Position numbers and translations under genes: made by a program
Notes under the pieces: model-generated
The model's database searches: none
What the model was told of the DNA's origin: nothing
Seen by the model: only the letters and a program-made list of their open reading frames with translations
From: the human T2T-CHM13v2.0 reference genome, Homo sapiens
Strand: one strand, 5' to 3'
Length of the DNA stretch: 64,000 nucleotides
Assembly (NCBI RefSeq): GCF_009914755.1
Contig: NC_060933.1
Shown: positions 1 to 12,550 of the stretch, in pieces
Numbering within the stretch: position 1 is the first letter of the stretch
How the letters are laid out: each line of letters opens with the position of its first letter

Positions 1-239
1 AGCTCAGCCTCACTTCTGTGGCTGAGAACTTTGACTCCAGCTTCCATCTGGTTTCCATAAGGCAAGAGAACTTGGCAAATGGCTGGCCACGTAACTTCAG
101 CACGTGCACATCCTGACCACGAGCACCAGTAAAAGGAGCCAAAGGGAACAGACAAATTTCTCTCTGTTCCTCTGTATAGTATAGGGAAGAAAGAGTTGCT
201 TTAAAGAGAAACGGAGTGCTCTGCAACCCTATTGGGCAA

Positions 240-617
240 TGTCTTGGTCCATTTTCTGTTGCTATAACAGAAAACCACAGACTGGGTAATTCAGAAAGAA
301 AAGAAGTTTATTTAGCTCACTGTTCTGGAAGAAACTGGGAAGTCCAAGAGCATGGCTCTGGCATCTGATAATTGTCTTCTTGCTGTGTCATAACATGGCG
401 GAGGGCATCATATGGCGAGAGGGCAAGAGTGTACCCACTCACGTCTCTCTTCTTCTTTTTATAAAGCCACCAGCCTCATCATGGAAGCTCCACCATAATG
501 TTTTTATATAATCCTAGTTACTTACCAAAGGCTATACCTCCAAATACCATCAACATATGAATTTGGGGTTTAGGTTTTAAGCACATAAAATCTGAGAGAC
601 ACATTCAAACCACAGTG
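240..617 (-). mobile_element. MaLR solo LTR, MST family (MSTB/C/D-like)
   Basis: Runs TGTCTTGGTCCATTTTCTGTTGCTATAACAG...ACATTCAAACCACAGTG, the reverse of an MST LTR; near-TSD GGCAA (235-239) / GGCAG (618-622). Confidence 0.85.
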
Positions 618-774
618 GGCAGGTTCACAAAGAACTGCCCATTTAACTGCATCAAAAATGCCCACCTCCGATGGAGATGATATTACCAGTTATTCTAAAA
701 ATGTCTGGTAAATGTTCTAACTCCACTGCTGCCTTTAATTCTATATGGTGTGTGCACAGGCAGCAGGATCTAAG

Positions 775-972
775 TGAAAGAACCTAAACTTGGATCTAGA
801 TGGATATGGCATAAGTCAACAGTTCTGTTACTTATAACTGTGAAGCCTTGAACACATTACTTAAACTGCTTGAATAACACAGAGTATTCTGTAATTTATG
901 AGATCTTTGTGAGATGATATATATAAAACATCCTGTACACAGTGGGTGCTTCATAAATAGTATTTATCATTA
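775..972 (+). mobile_element. MIR SINE, eroded
   Basis: Core-like TTACTTATAACTGTGAAGCCTTGAACACATTACTTAAAC and MIR 3' tail GTGCTTCATAAATAGTATTTATCATTA. Confidence 0.55.
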
Positions 973-1380
973 AGTTTGAGGTGATGCTTTCCTCCAAGAT
1001 TTTATTATTCAAACACGCTCACAGTGTGTCTGGCTCTAGGATACCGTACATACATCATCTCCATTAATGTTTTGAACATACCTTTGTTGTTTTTATATTA
1101 TGCCACTTACAATGCTTCAGTTCAAATAATTATGGAATATCTGTTTAAAGGGAGTCTTCAGCTCCATGGCCTTACAGATGAGAATGCAGAAGCAGGAAAA
1201 AATGCCACAGCAAGTCAGTGGCAGATCCAGGCCTATCCCAGTATCCCGAATCTCAGTTTTCTGTCTACTATTTCACCTGCCCTCATAAATGTTTCTGAAG
1301 CTAAAACAATTACAGTCATCCTTCCAAAAACCTCATCATAAAATTGTAGAGCTGGGATAGAAAAGTTTCTTCCACTGCTG

Positions 1381-1857
1381 TCTGGCAGGCTGAATTATGG
1401 CTCTCAAAGATGCCTGAGTCTCAGAACTGGTGAACATTACTCTGTATGAGAAAGGGTCTTTGCACATATGATTAAGGATTTGGAGCAGGAGAGATTATTC
1501 TGGATTATTTGAGTGGGCATGATATAATCACAAGAGTCCTCACAAGAGGAAGCAGAAGAAACCAGAGTCAGAGAGAGGGCCATGTGAAAATGGAAGTGGT
1601 AACTGGATGATGGGCTTTGAAGACGGAGAAAGGAGCCACAAGCCAAGGAATGCAGGTCACTTGTAGAAGCTGGAAAAGGCAAGGAAACAAACTCCTCCAA
1701 AGCCTCCAGAGGGAACCAGCTCAGTGACACCTTGACTTTAGCCAGTGACACTGATTTTGGGCTTCTGACCTCTGGAACTGTAAGGGAATAAATTTGCATT
1801 GTTTTAAGCCACTGAGTTTGTGGTAATTTGTTAGAGCAGCAATACATAACTAATACA
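1381..1857 (+). mobile_element. MaLR solo LTR, MLT1D
   Basis: Matches the recalled MLT1D consensus throughout (AGCCAAGGAATGCAGG...AGAAGCTGGAAAAGGCAAGGAAAC...AATAAATTTG...TTTTAAGCCACT) and ends TAATACA. Explains ORF 1437..1871. Confidence 0.9.
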
Positions 1858-2804
1858 ACAGTGTAGTACACTGTATCAAAAACACTGAGTGACAGCTAAA
1901 ATGCCCAACCACTGGGAATTACAAGTTATAAGGGAATATAATGCAGCCTTTTAAAAAGTGTTGATTCAAGTTTATTGAAGTAGGAGAATATGTATATTTT
2001 TAAGTGAAAAGCAGTTTATAAGACAGTGTATAGAGTAGGACCCTGTCATGAGAGAGATAAAAAAATAAGATTAAAAGTATATATTCATTATTTAGAGAAA
2101 TTATCATCAGTGTTGGGATTTTCTATGTTCTAAGTACTTTTCTGTATTCTCCAACGAGGATGCACTAAATGTGTTGATTCTGTAATTAGAAAAAAAGATA
2201 TTCTTTAAACAAAAGCCTATTTTTCACCAATCCTTTCATTTTATAAAACAGGAAATGTTTATGTAAACCAGAGGAGTTGCTTGCTCAGGGAAGGGATGAA
2301 ATTTCTCCTCAGTTCAGAATCTGGAAGCTTATTCTTAAATTATCAAAGGTAAAAAAAGCACAAGACTGAATCAAAACTATGAACGCTCAGAGAAATGACA
2401 CACACTTCCCTCTCCACTTGTAATTTCCCTTCAATGGACTCCCCTTTCATATTAGGAGAGTTAGTAAGTGCTTTCTTCCGTAGACAAATCATGAAAAGCA
2501 TTAGAGAGCATAACAGCACATGGCATTTTGGAGCTTCTCACAGAATCTCCCAATGCGAATATCAAAGGATTCCAGGCTGAGAAAAACTGAAATGCAGACC
2601 TTGATATTGTTGACAGCTGATAAAGCCATGAGACTTAAGTGCTTGCCATTTTTTTGCAGCTCATTTCTCTTCTGCTCTTATGAATCTTTTGACTCTTTCT
2701 TCTCATCTGTGTCTCCTTATAGCATGGAGAATCCCTTCACCAACCATCCATGATATCTCTTACTTTAAATCCTTTTTCCTCTCTAATTCAGGAGTAGCAT
2801 GGAC

Positions 2805-2907
2805 TATTTCTGAGCTGCTACAATATTCCAAACACTGTACAGGGTCCTGGGGTTACAAAGATGAATAAAACAGAGTCTTTGCCTTCAATTAACTTCCAAT
2901 CTAGTGG
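2805..2907 (-). mobile_element. L2 LINE 3' end fragment
   Basis: CACTGTACAGGGTCCTGGGGTTACAAAGATGAATAAAACAGAGTCTTTGCCTTCAA is typical of the reversed L2 3' end. Confidence 0.55.
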
Positions 2908-3047
2908 TACCAATAAGCGTAGTCAAAAGAAGTAGATCTTATGTTGGAACGACATTAGAAATTGTCACAGAGATGCAAACAGCATGAAAAAGACATTGGG
3001 TCTGAGTATAATTCCAACAGAAAATGGGTGATTTCATGAAAGAGGTA

Positions 3048-3592
3048 CATGCTAGTTATCTGCCTCTTTATGATACATTCCTCATCCTTCCCTTGCTCTG
3101 CCCTATATCACAGGAAGGTTGCCTCCTGGAAACTGTATTTCCCAGGCTCCTTGATACCTGACTCTAGGCTAGGTTTTGCCAATGGGAGACTCATGCAGGA
3201 GATTAGAGGTAAGCAGGAAGAAAACATATTTCTATCTTTCTTAATGCTTCAGGTGGCTTCTCTGGCTATGGCTGAATCTCCATCATGCCTCCATGCCCAC
3301 CGCAGAGCCCCATCTCCTTCAGTAACACCACCTCCGTTTGTTAGGAATCTCCCTGCTAATGCCATGTCTATCTAACACTGCCAGACCTAGGGAGTCCCTG
3401 AGCACTTCCCTTTTGTTATCCCTCCAGCCCCAGTGATGGTAGCAGCTTCCTGTTGATGCTAGCCCCTCACGTGCCTGACCATCTCCTGTTGGACTTTTCA
3501 TCTTTCCCAACAGCTTTTTGATTCGTTCCCTAGAGTAAATGTCCTGGATTTAACTACCAGGCACGGGCTCTGTCTTCCAGACTCGACCCTCA
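3048..3592 (+). mobile_element. ERVL solo LTR, LTR33 family, carrying an internal insertion
   Basis: TATTTCCCAGGCTCCTTG...AGGTTTTGCCAATGGGAGAC...GGAGATTAGAGG and CCCTCCAGCCCCAGTGATGGTAGCAGCTTCCTG resemble LTR33. Confidence 0.7.
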
Positions 3593-4959
3593 GAAGAACT
3601 TTGTAGAACCAGAAGATTCTCCATTGGCAATGCAAGGAAGAACACTCTTGGCAGAGATTCTAAGCAAAGCAATGACCACAGTCCAGAGTGCAGAAAAGCA
3701 ACTAGGGCAGGGCCGCTATGTCTTGAGGGTCACCAGGAAATATATTAGAGAATCTGACTGGCAATCTAGGGAGAATGAGACCACAGAGGCTCTTCAGTTA
3801 TCAGATAGAGTAATATGGGTTTGATTCCACATGCCTGGAGAGTTATTGAAGGTTTTGAGCACAGTGAGATGACCAGATTTGTTCTTTTGGAAATTCAATC
3901 CGGAAATGGCAGATTAAACTGCATAACGTTAAGAGCCTAACACAAGGCAAAAGTCATGTAAATAGCAAGGAAGGGTGGATTTAAGCAGAGTCAGTGTGAC
4001 TTGGCAAGAGAAAAGGGAAGTGTTACAAGTGCATAGGAGGTGTTGAGTTAGAGTGGCTGTCCCTGTGACCAGGAGGAAATCATGAGGTGAGTTTGGTCTG
4101 GGCTGAGATGGAAGGAAAAGTACTCATTTGAAAATGTGAGTTTAAAACTCACAGTAGGAATAATCCTGAGGGAGGCTATTTTAAAAGACATTCTCACCCC
4201 AATGACAAATCAAGTTTGTTTGATTTGATTGAAGGCAAAATTTAGAAGCTTTATGGCATGAAGCAACACCTCAATTAAATTAATACATTGTAATTATTAA
4301 TATTGTTATTTTATTAGTGATAAATTTATAAGACTGCAGCATTTTCATGACACAATTGCATTAACTTGTTTTTATTAGTATTCCAGGTAGAATAAAGAAA
4401 TGTTTTCATGACCTATATTTTAAATACTAGGATGAAATCATCAGCTCACCGTGGGGATAAAAAGAAGGAAGGAAGCTTGGCCCGATCTTATTTCTAAGAT
4501 AAATCAGTTTTTGTCCTTCTTTTGTATTCCAGACCAGAATTAAAGGTGCAGAAATAATATCTGTGTACACATGTATATTATAATCTTCTAAATTTTTAAT
4601 CTATCTTTCTAGAACCCCAAATATATCCACTTTGGAAATAACTCCCAAATGTCATTATATGACTAAGCACTCTAATTAGAAACTAAGTGCTAATAATTTG
4701 CCCTATTAAAAAGTTAGCATTTGTAAAAGGAATGATTTATTGACCTGTAATGCCACTGAAGCATGATCTGAAAGACATAGAAGACTGAAGTTTTACTTTT
4801 CTTAAGAGATTATAAAAATCAGTGGACTTTAGAAACATGAGCTCCCATCTAGTAATTTGAGATTGCTTATGTGATTCTGGAGTCCCAAATAATTCCTAGG
4901 TGAATCCATTTGTTCCAAAGTTTGCAGGTGCTTTATGATAACTGCTGCTTAAACAGTGT

Positions 4960-5092
4960 GTGTTTTAGAGATGGAGAGTATGTTTGAGATCTTTTCATCC
5001 ATTTTACAGAGCAGTAAACTGAGACAGCAGTGGGGCTAAGTGAGTTGTCCAAAGAGGCACAGTGAGTTGGTTGCAGAACCCAGCGTGATTTG
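4960..5092 (-). mobile_element. MIR SINE
   Basis: CCATTTTACAGAGCAGTAAACTGAGAC...AAGTGAGTTGTCCAAAG is the reversed MIR core. Confidence 0.7.
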
Positions 5093-5400
5093 CTAACCAG
5101 TATTATCATCACATGGCCTTTAGCCCTCCAGGATTGTGGCAGCCTTTGGCGCCACCCTGCATGAACCCAGAGCTTATTATCTGAGCCAGGGCAGGGAGTC
5201 TCCCAGATCCATCAAATTTCTTGCCTCTGATGACAGGTAGATGACAGAACGGAGCAAAGTCACAGAAGCTTTGGCTTTGGGGAAGACAGAACCTTATTAG
5301 CTTTGTCAGACACTCACTCCTCTGGTTTTACGACTGCAGCTTTCTATATATGGCCCGCCAGGCCCCAGTGGATTTCCCTACTAATGCCATGTCTATCTAA

Positions 5401-5640
5401 TAGTGGCAGACCTAGGATGGCCCTGATCATTTCCCTGATGACAACATTGAAGCACACACATGCCACAGAGCAACACACTGTACCTTCTGTGGCTTGTGCC
5501 AAAGTGAGCCCCTTGCTCATAAATGTAGCAGTATGGGTGTGAATTATCAGATGCGCCCTGCTATAGGCCTACATGGCCTTCTCTAATAGAAGTTCTTTCT
5601 TGCAGGTTGTGCATCCCCCAAAATTCTAGATCTGTCACTG
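5401..5640. mobile_element. Candidate non-autonomous DNA transposon (hAT-like MITE)
   Basis: Imperfect terminal inverted repeats TAGTGGCAGACCTAGGA and TTCTAGATCTGTCACTG (reverse complement CAGTGACAGATCTAGAA); no clear TSD. Confidence 0.4.
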
Positions 5641-5913
5641 AACACAGTAACCATGCTGTTTTCTTTCCCAAAAGACTCAGGAGGGTCTTTGTGTGTCACC
5701 TCTGTGGCATGTTAGGGTCTAAAGAGAGATGAGTGGCTCTTTCCTGTGCTTCTTCTCACAGGAGACTTGAATCTTTCTTTGTCTCAAGGACCAGAGAGCT
5801 CTGGCTCTAACATAAATCACACGTAATCTGCTGGTCACTCACTTCTGCTGAAGGAGGCAGGACAGAATGGAAGCATTATTGGACAGACTCAGATGCTCAG
5901 GGCCTCTTAGGGG

Positions 5914-6407
5914 TATTATGGGTTTATTTATGCCCCTCACCTCCCTGCCACCAAATTCACATGTTGTAGTCCTAACCGCCAGGATCTCAGAATGTGACTG
6001 TATTTACATGTAAGGTATTTACAAAGGTAATTAAGGTTAAGTAAGGTCATATGGATAGGCCCTAATCCAATATGTCTGGCCTCCTTGTAAGAAGAGGGAA
6101 AGAAACCAAGAATGTACATGCACAGAGAGAAGGCCACATGGGGACATAACAAGAAAATGGCCATCTGCAATCAAATGAGAGAGAGAGGACTCAGGAGACA
6201 CCAAGCCTGCCAACATCTAGGTATGGACTTCCAGACTCCATAACTGAAAATGGCCACCTGCAATCAAACGAGAGAGAGAGGACTCAGGAGACACCAAGCC
6301 TGCCAACATCTAGGTATGGACTTCCAGACTCCATAACTGAAAACAAATGTTGTTTAAGCCACCCATTCTATGATATTTTGTTATGGCAGCCCTAGGAAAC
6401 TAACACC
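5914..6407 (+). mobile_element. MaLR solo LTR, MLT1B, with an internal 93-bp tandem duplication
   Basis: CCAAATTCACATGTTG...CTCAGAATGTGACTGTATTT...GGCCCTAATCCAATATG...TTGTTTAAGCCACCC...TTATGGCAGCCCTAG. Confidence 0.88.
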
Positions 6408-7274
6408 GAAGGCAATTCAAAAAGTAGCATGGAGCCAAACCTTGATTCTAGAACCCAGCACCAAAGGGTGGGGATAAGCTTCATGTCTTTGGTTGCTTCC
6501 TATGACCACATCTGACCAGTTTCCCTATGAAAGAAGCACAAGCCAAGGTAATCAATCTCTCAAGTAATGCAAGGGAAGAATGGTGGCCTCATAGCAACGC
6601 AGATTTCCTTTTGGCAGCCATAGAGCAGGGTCATATTTCAGGGAGCAACCCATATCCAGAGATTCTCTCACCCAAGAAAATATCTGTCATATCAAATCTC
6701 CTTAATCTATTTTTTACAATCCTGGCATAGGTAGTAAGATCTCATTAATTCAAACTTCCTACATATTTGGATTTTGTGATAGAAGTTGTACTAAAGTTTG
6801 TCTTTATACAGGGTATAAATGAAGTTATAAAGAAAATCAATCAATCAACTTCAAAGAAACTGTCATATTGACTTCGATCAGCTTCAAATATGTTAGAAAC
6901 ATACACTTGAATGTAAACAATGGCTGTATCAACTTCAAAGCAATTCTCTCTCTCCATAGAGCAGTGCCTTCTCTCCCTTTCTCACCCTAGAAGAGTGGTT
7001 CTAAGACTTTGCTCACTTTGAAAGTTGATTTAAAGAAATCAGAAGGATGAATGACAATCCAACAGATCCCACGGGAACGAGAGGACAGGGCCAGTATGAT
7101 TTATTCTCCTTCAACATCTCCCAATATACCAAAAATATCTAACACACAACAGGCACTCTATAAGTGTCAATTCCATTCTCCTTTGCCAATTAATCTAAAT
7201 AATGAGATTTTACTACAGTAATTGATTTAAGTCCTGAAGGATAAAAAAATTCATAATGTATTGACTTGAAGCAA

Positions 7275-7455
7275 TTGGAGATCATCAACTCCAACTCCTT
7301 TATTCTAGCATATAGAAACAGAGGCCAACAAAGGTTAAGAGACTTCTTCAAGTTCATTCACTCATCCTAGTGCCTTTCATGTGGCAAGCTCTGAGCTTTG
7401 TTGTTGACAAAGTCAGACCAGGATCCGGGGCCTCTGACCCAGAATTCCTTCCAAT
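7275..7455 (-). mobile_element. MIR/MIR3 fragment
   Basis: GGAGATCATCAACTCCAACTCCTTTATT...AGAAACAGAGGCC...AGGTTAAGAGACTT. Confidence 0.55.
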
Positions 7456-8002
7456 CTTATTCCACTGCTGCCTTTGAGTTAATTTTGTTTCAGAAATCAT
7501 TGTGTGAGCACAGGTAAATCTTGCTGTCTTTTTCTACATGTATTTAAGGTTGATTCTCCTTCCTTGAGTGTAGTAAAAAAAAAAAAACAAAAAAAAAAAC
7601 AGTTACAAATAAACCCTAAGTATGGACAGGCTTACACTTAGAGAAAAAAAGAAAAAAAAACAATCTACAAATGCTACTTAAGGCATTTGAGAATGCCTAA
7701 GAAGTTTCATTGACCCCCTATTTTGAGCATAACTCGGACACAAGTAACACTTGTTAAATTAAATTAGATGTACAAAGCATTCTAATGGGAACATCAGGGA
7801 GATGTGAGCCAAGTCATCTGGAGGGGAGTTGTGCAGCTGAAGGTGGGGAGGTTGGGAACAGATCAAACTTATTTTGAAAAAGGACTAAAAGTTCAGAGAA
7901 AGAGGGGAGGGTTGTTCTAGGCAAAGCAAACAGAATAAACATACATGCACAAGAGCATATGTTCAATGTGGAATCTGAAAATGCTTGAAAAAGCAGAAGG
8001 TA

Positions 8003-8312
8003 GGCCAGGCATGGTGGCTCACGCCTGTAATCCCAGCACTTTGGGAGGCCAAGGCAGGTGGATCACCTGAGGTGAGGAGTTCAACACCAGTCTGGGCAAG
8101 AGGTGAAACCCCATCTCTACTAAGAACACAAAAATTAGCTGGGCATGGTGGCAGGTGCCTGTAATCCCAGCTACTCGGGAGGGTGAGGCAGGAGAATCCC
8201 TTGAGCCCAGGAGGCAGAGGTTGCAGTGAGCTGAGAGCTGAGATTGCGCATTTGCACTCCAGCCGGGGCAATGAGCGAGACTCTATCTCAAAAACAAACA
8301 AACGAACAAATG
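8003..8312 (+). mobile_element. AluS (Sx/Sq-like)
   Basis: Full dimeric Alu with CACCTGAGGT; 13-bp TSD AAAGCAGAAGGTA at 7990-8002 and 8313-8325. Confidence 0.95.
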
Positions 8313-9029
8313 AAAGCAGAAGGTAGAATACAAAAACATGCCATTAATACTTTGTAACCCTCCTGTATAAGAATTTACATAGTTATTTTTAGTCTGAGTT
8401 TAGTATGTTTCATTTTGCTCATAATCTGTCTTTTTCAAGTTTCCAAGAGTGCCTTGAGTGCAAATACAACAACTTTGTGGAAGAAATCAATATTTGCCCT
8501 TCTATGTGCTTTCTAATTTAAGCTTAGTAATTCAGCTAATATTTCAGCCATGTCTCTAAACTGGTCATAAAGAAGGCTGAGAGGCTTCCAAGCTTGTAAA
8601 CGAACCAAACGTACAGAGTACTATACCTGCTATCTTACAGATTGTTCTTATTTTACTGGTGCCAAAAAGAAAAAAAGTGTGGGCGGGGGGCAGGTAGAAA
8701 GTCGTCAGTGATAAATTTCTTCAGAAGAGAACTTATGATCCAAGCAGCAGCCACAAACACAAACCCACCCCCGCCCCCCCCCGACCCCGCCCCGACACAC
8801 ACACACAACCTGCTCATCTACTTAATGCTTTGGAATGTAACAGAGACCAAAAATAGTATATTTCATGTGGAATCCTGGAAACATTTTTAAAAGAAGAAAA
8901 ATAACAATTTAGGAGGAGATGCTTCAATTTTTCCATAGTTATTACTGAAAAGAAAATCTTGCCTCTGGCTATTATACAATATCTGGTACCACACAAGCTC
9001 TCCTACCATAATGCTTAAAAGTAGCAGCA

Positions 9030-10977
9030 AATAATTAGAAAATTAAATTTAAAGTACTATTTGCAATAGCATAGAAATATAATCTTATTAGAAATAAATT
9101 AATGAAAGATATACAAACACTCTACATTACAAACTATAAACTTTCCTGAGAAAAATTTCCTGAGAAAAAGTTTGGGCTCAGGTGATCCTTCTATCTTGAC
9201 CTCCAAAAGCATTTGGATTACAGGCATAAGCCACTGCACCTAGCTAGAAAAAATTTTAAACATCTAAATAAATGTATAAAAGTACTATGTTTATGCATCA
9301 GAAAGCTCAGTGTTATAAAACTCAATATTGTCAACATTTGAAAGTCTAAATAAATGTTTAGGGATACTATGTTTATGAATTAGAAAATTTAATTTATTTA
9401 CAAATTGATCCACTGATGTAATGCAACCAAATTTCTAGCAGGCAAGATGATTCAAAAATTTATATGGGAGTGCAAAAAACCAAGAATAGCAAAAGCAGTA
9501 CTGAAAAAGTACAAATATTGGGTGACTCACCCTACCTAATATAAAGATTTACCATAAACGTCAAGAGGCAATACATAATTCTATTGGCCAAAGATATAGA
9601 CACAGTTTAACTAAGTAGTCCAGATATGAACCCGCACATATATATGGTCAATTGACTTTTGACAAATACATCAGCATAACTCAATGAAAGTATTTTCCAT
9701 ATAGACTTCTAAAACAGCTGAATATCCATGTGCAAAAACTGAAAAAGAATCTTAGCTCCTACCTGTTGCCATATGCAAAATTTAATGCAAAATAAACCAC
9801 AGACTAAAACATAAAAGATAAAACAACACAAGTTCTAGAACAAAACAAAGGATAAAATATTCATAAACCTTGGATAGGCAAAGATTTCCTAAACAAAACA
9901 CAATAAGCATGGATCATGAAGGCAAACAATAATAAATTTATCTTCATAAAAATTAAAACTTTCTGCTCTTAAAAATATTATTAAGAAAATGAAAAGGTTA
10001 GCCACAGACAGGGAGAAGATATTCACAATATGGATATGTGACAAAGGACTAGAATCTAGATCATAAAAATAAGTCTTCCAACTCAATAATAGTAAGAGAA
10101 AAATTTAAACAAATAAATAAATGAACTAAAGATTTGAATAGGCACTTGATAAAAGAAGATATATTAATGGCCACAGAGCATAAAAAGAGAGCAAACATCT
10201 GTAATCATCAGGGAAATACAAATTAAAACCACAATTAAATCCCATTACACATCACTTAAATGACTAAAATTCAAAGAGTGATAATAAGAAGTGTTGACAC
10301 AGACATGGGGCAATTCATACATTGATGCTTCGGTTGCAAAATGGTGCAACCACTTTAGAAAAAAGATTGGTAGTTTCTTTTAAAGTTAATCATACACTTC
10401 ATTCAGCAGTTTCAATACTAGGTATTGAAGAGAAATAAAAACATATTCATTTACATGAAAAAAATTCATTTACATGAATATTTAAAGCAACTTTATTCAC
10501 AACCACCCCAAACTGGAAATAACCCAAATGTTCATCATGGGAAATAGCCCAAATGTTATCTACTGGTGAGTAGATAACTGAACGATGGTATATTCAAACA
10601 ATGGAATACTAATCAGTAATAAAAAGGAACAGACCACTGATAGGTACAATATGGAAAAATCTTAAACACTATGCTGAGTGAAAGAAGAAATGAAAGAGCA
10701 CACCCAGTATGATTTAATTTACATAAAGTCCTTGATCATGTAAAACTAATTTATAATAATGGAAATCAGAAAAGTGTTTCCCTGAGGCAAGGAATATGTG
10801 GGGGATCAACTACAAAGGGCCATCCGGGAAGTTTTTGGAGCAATGAAAATCTTATGTGTCATGACTGAAGTGGTGGTCACACTTGTGTATACATTTGTCA
10901 AAACTCATCAAGGTGTACACTTAAAATGTGAGCATTGTATTGTATATCAATTACATTGGAAAAAAATTGGTTCAAAA
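9030..10977 (+). mobile_element. Old L1 (L1MD/L1ME-type), ORF2 3' part plus 3' UTR
   Basis: Decayed ORF2 C-terminal sequence (TATATGGTCAATTGACTTTTGACAAA, AAAATTAAAACTTTCTGCTCTT) and L1M 3' end GTATACATTTGTCAAAACTCATCAA...ACACTTAAAATG. Confidence 0.85.
9173..9245 (-). mobile_element. Alu left-arm fragment (FLAM/AluJ-like) inside the L1
   Basis: TGGGCTCAGGTGATCCTTC...CCTCCAAAAGCATTTGGATTACAGGCATAAGCCACTGCACC. Confidence 0.8.
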
Positions 10978-11002
10978 CATAAAGATCATAAAAATAAAGA
11001 GG

Positions 11003-11324
<322 letters not shown>

Positions 11325-11629
11325 CTATTTTATAGTTTACAAAGGGGTTTGATTGTTTGCTTGATATTGATCCTTACCACCACCTTGTGAAGTAGGAATG
11401 CATACAAGTTCTTGTTGTGGAAAAGTCACAAAATTATGTTTTGTTCCTGAGCTGCAGTGTCTCACTTGGCTCTGGAATTCATCCACACACCTTGGGGGAA
11501 TAAGAAAAAAAAAAAACCCACTCCCTATGCACACAAATTATAAAGATGCTTTGAATGGTTCATTGCCTAGATATGGAGGAGGGTTGTCTATGGTAATAAT
11601 GGTTGTACTGATTATTTTTTCTTCTGCAT

Positions 11630-11833
11630 TACTGGCCAGGCATTGCACCAAGATCTACTCAAGTAATTCTCAAAACAGTCCTGGGAGGTAGGCATTATGA
11701 TCTCCATATACAAATGAGGACATTGGGCCTCAGCAAATTTAAGGGACTCACCAAAGTTCACACAGGCACAGCTGGGGGTCTAGGTCTGATAGACTCAAAG
11801 CCCCAGCTCTTTCCATGCCACCATGTTGGCTCC
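11630..11833 (-). mobile_element. MIR SINE
   Basis: CTGGGAGGTAGGCATTATGATCTCCATATACAAATGAGGACATTGGGCCTCAG...GACTCAAAGCCCCAGCTCTTTCCA. Confidence 0.75.
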
Positions 11834-12369
11834 ATATTTCAGATAAATGGGACTAATTTTATTTGTAATGACTAAAGTTATTCAGGGGTGCTGGCTAGGA
11901 GTGGTCCTTTGGAGAAGATTGAGATAGAGTCCATAGAACTTCAGGTCTAGGACAATGTGGTCTGCACCCCAAAAATCATGTGGGGGCCAATGCCTCTCTT
12001 ACCTGATGGATGGACATTGAGTTACAAAAGAAAGAGGTATGTCAGTCTGTGAAGGAACAAGGAACTGCATTTGGGCATCTGCGACAATGAGTGCTGATGG
12101 GAAGAAGGGGGAGAAACTTCCGCATGGCCATGCAGGCAGCAGCCCCCCGTGTGAGATGATGTTTCTGGTAGGGGATCTGGATCCACACAATTCTTGATGC
12201 AAAGTATTTTAGGATGCAGATGTCATGTGGGGAAATCGTTCATGAAGACCCACTTCTCATTTAAAGAAGAAAATTAAAAGGGACATCAGAGCGTAATGGA
12301 TTATTAGGATTGATTTGGGGTTGAGTGCCAACTCTAACATTTGGTGAAAACAGGTTTGAAATAGAGAAC

Positions 12370-12550
12370 GCTGATGTAAAACCTGGCTCTGTACTTACTA
12401 GCTGTGCAATCTTGGGCAAGTTACTGCACCTCTCTAAGCTTCTCTCTTCTCAGTTGGCAGACGCAAATAATGATGCCTACTTGACAGCACAGATGGAAGA
12501 CGGATGTTTACAAAGTACCTTCCTCGGTGTCTAGTACTAGGTAAATGTTT
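12370..12550 (+). mobile_element. MIR SINE
   Basis: CCTGGCTCTGTACTTACTAGCTGTGCAATCTTGGGCAAGTTACTGCACCTCTCTAAGC. Confidence 0.8.

Noticed and set aside
7575-7660. Two A-rich runs suggesting retrocopy tails
   Set aside because: No upstream retroposed body or TSD is recognisable; treated as simple low complexity.
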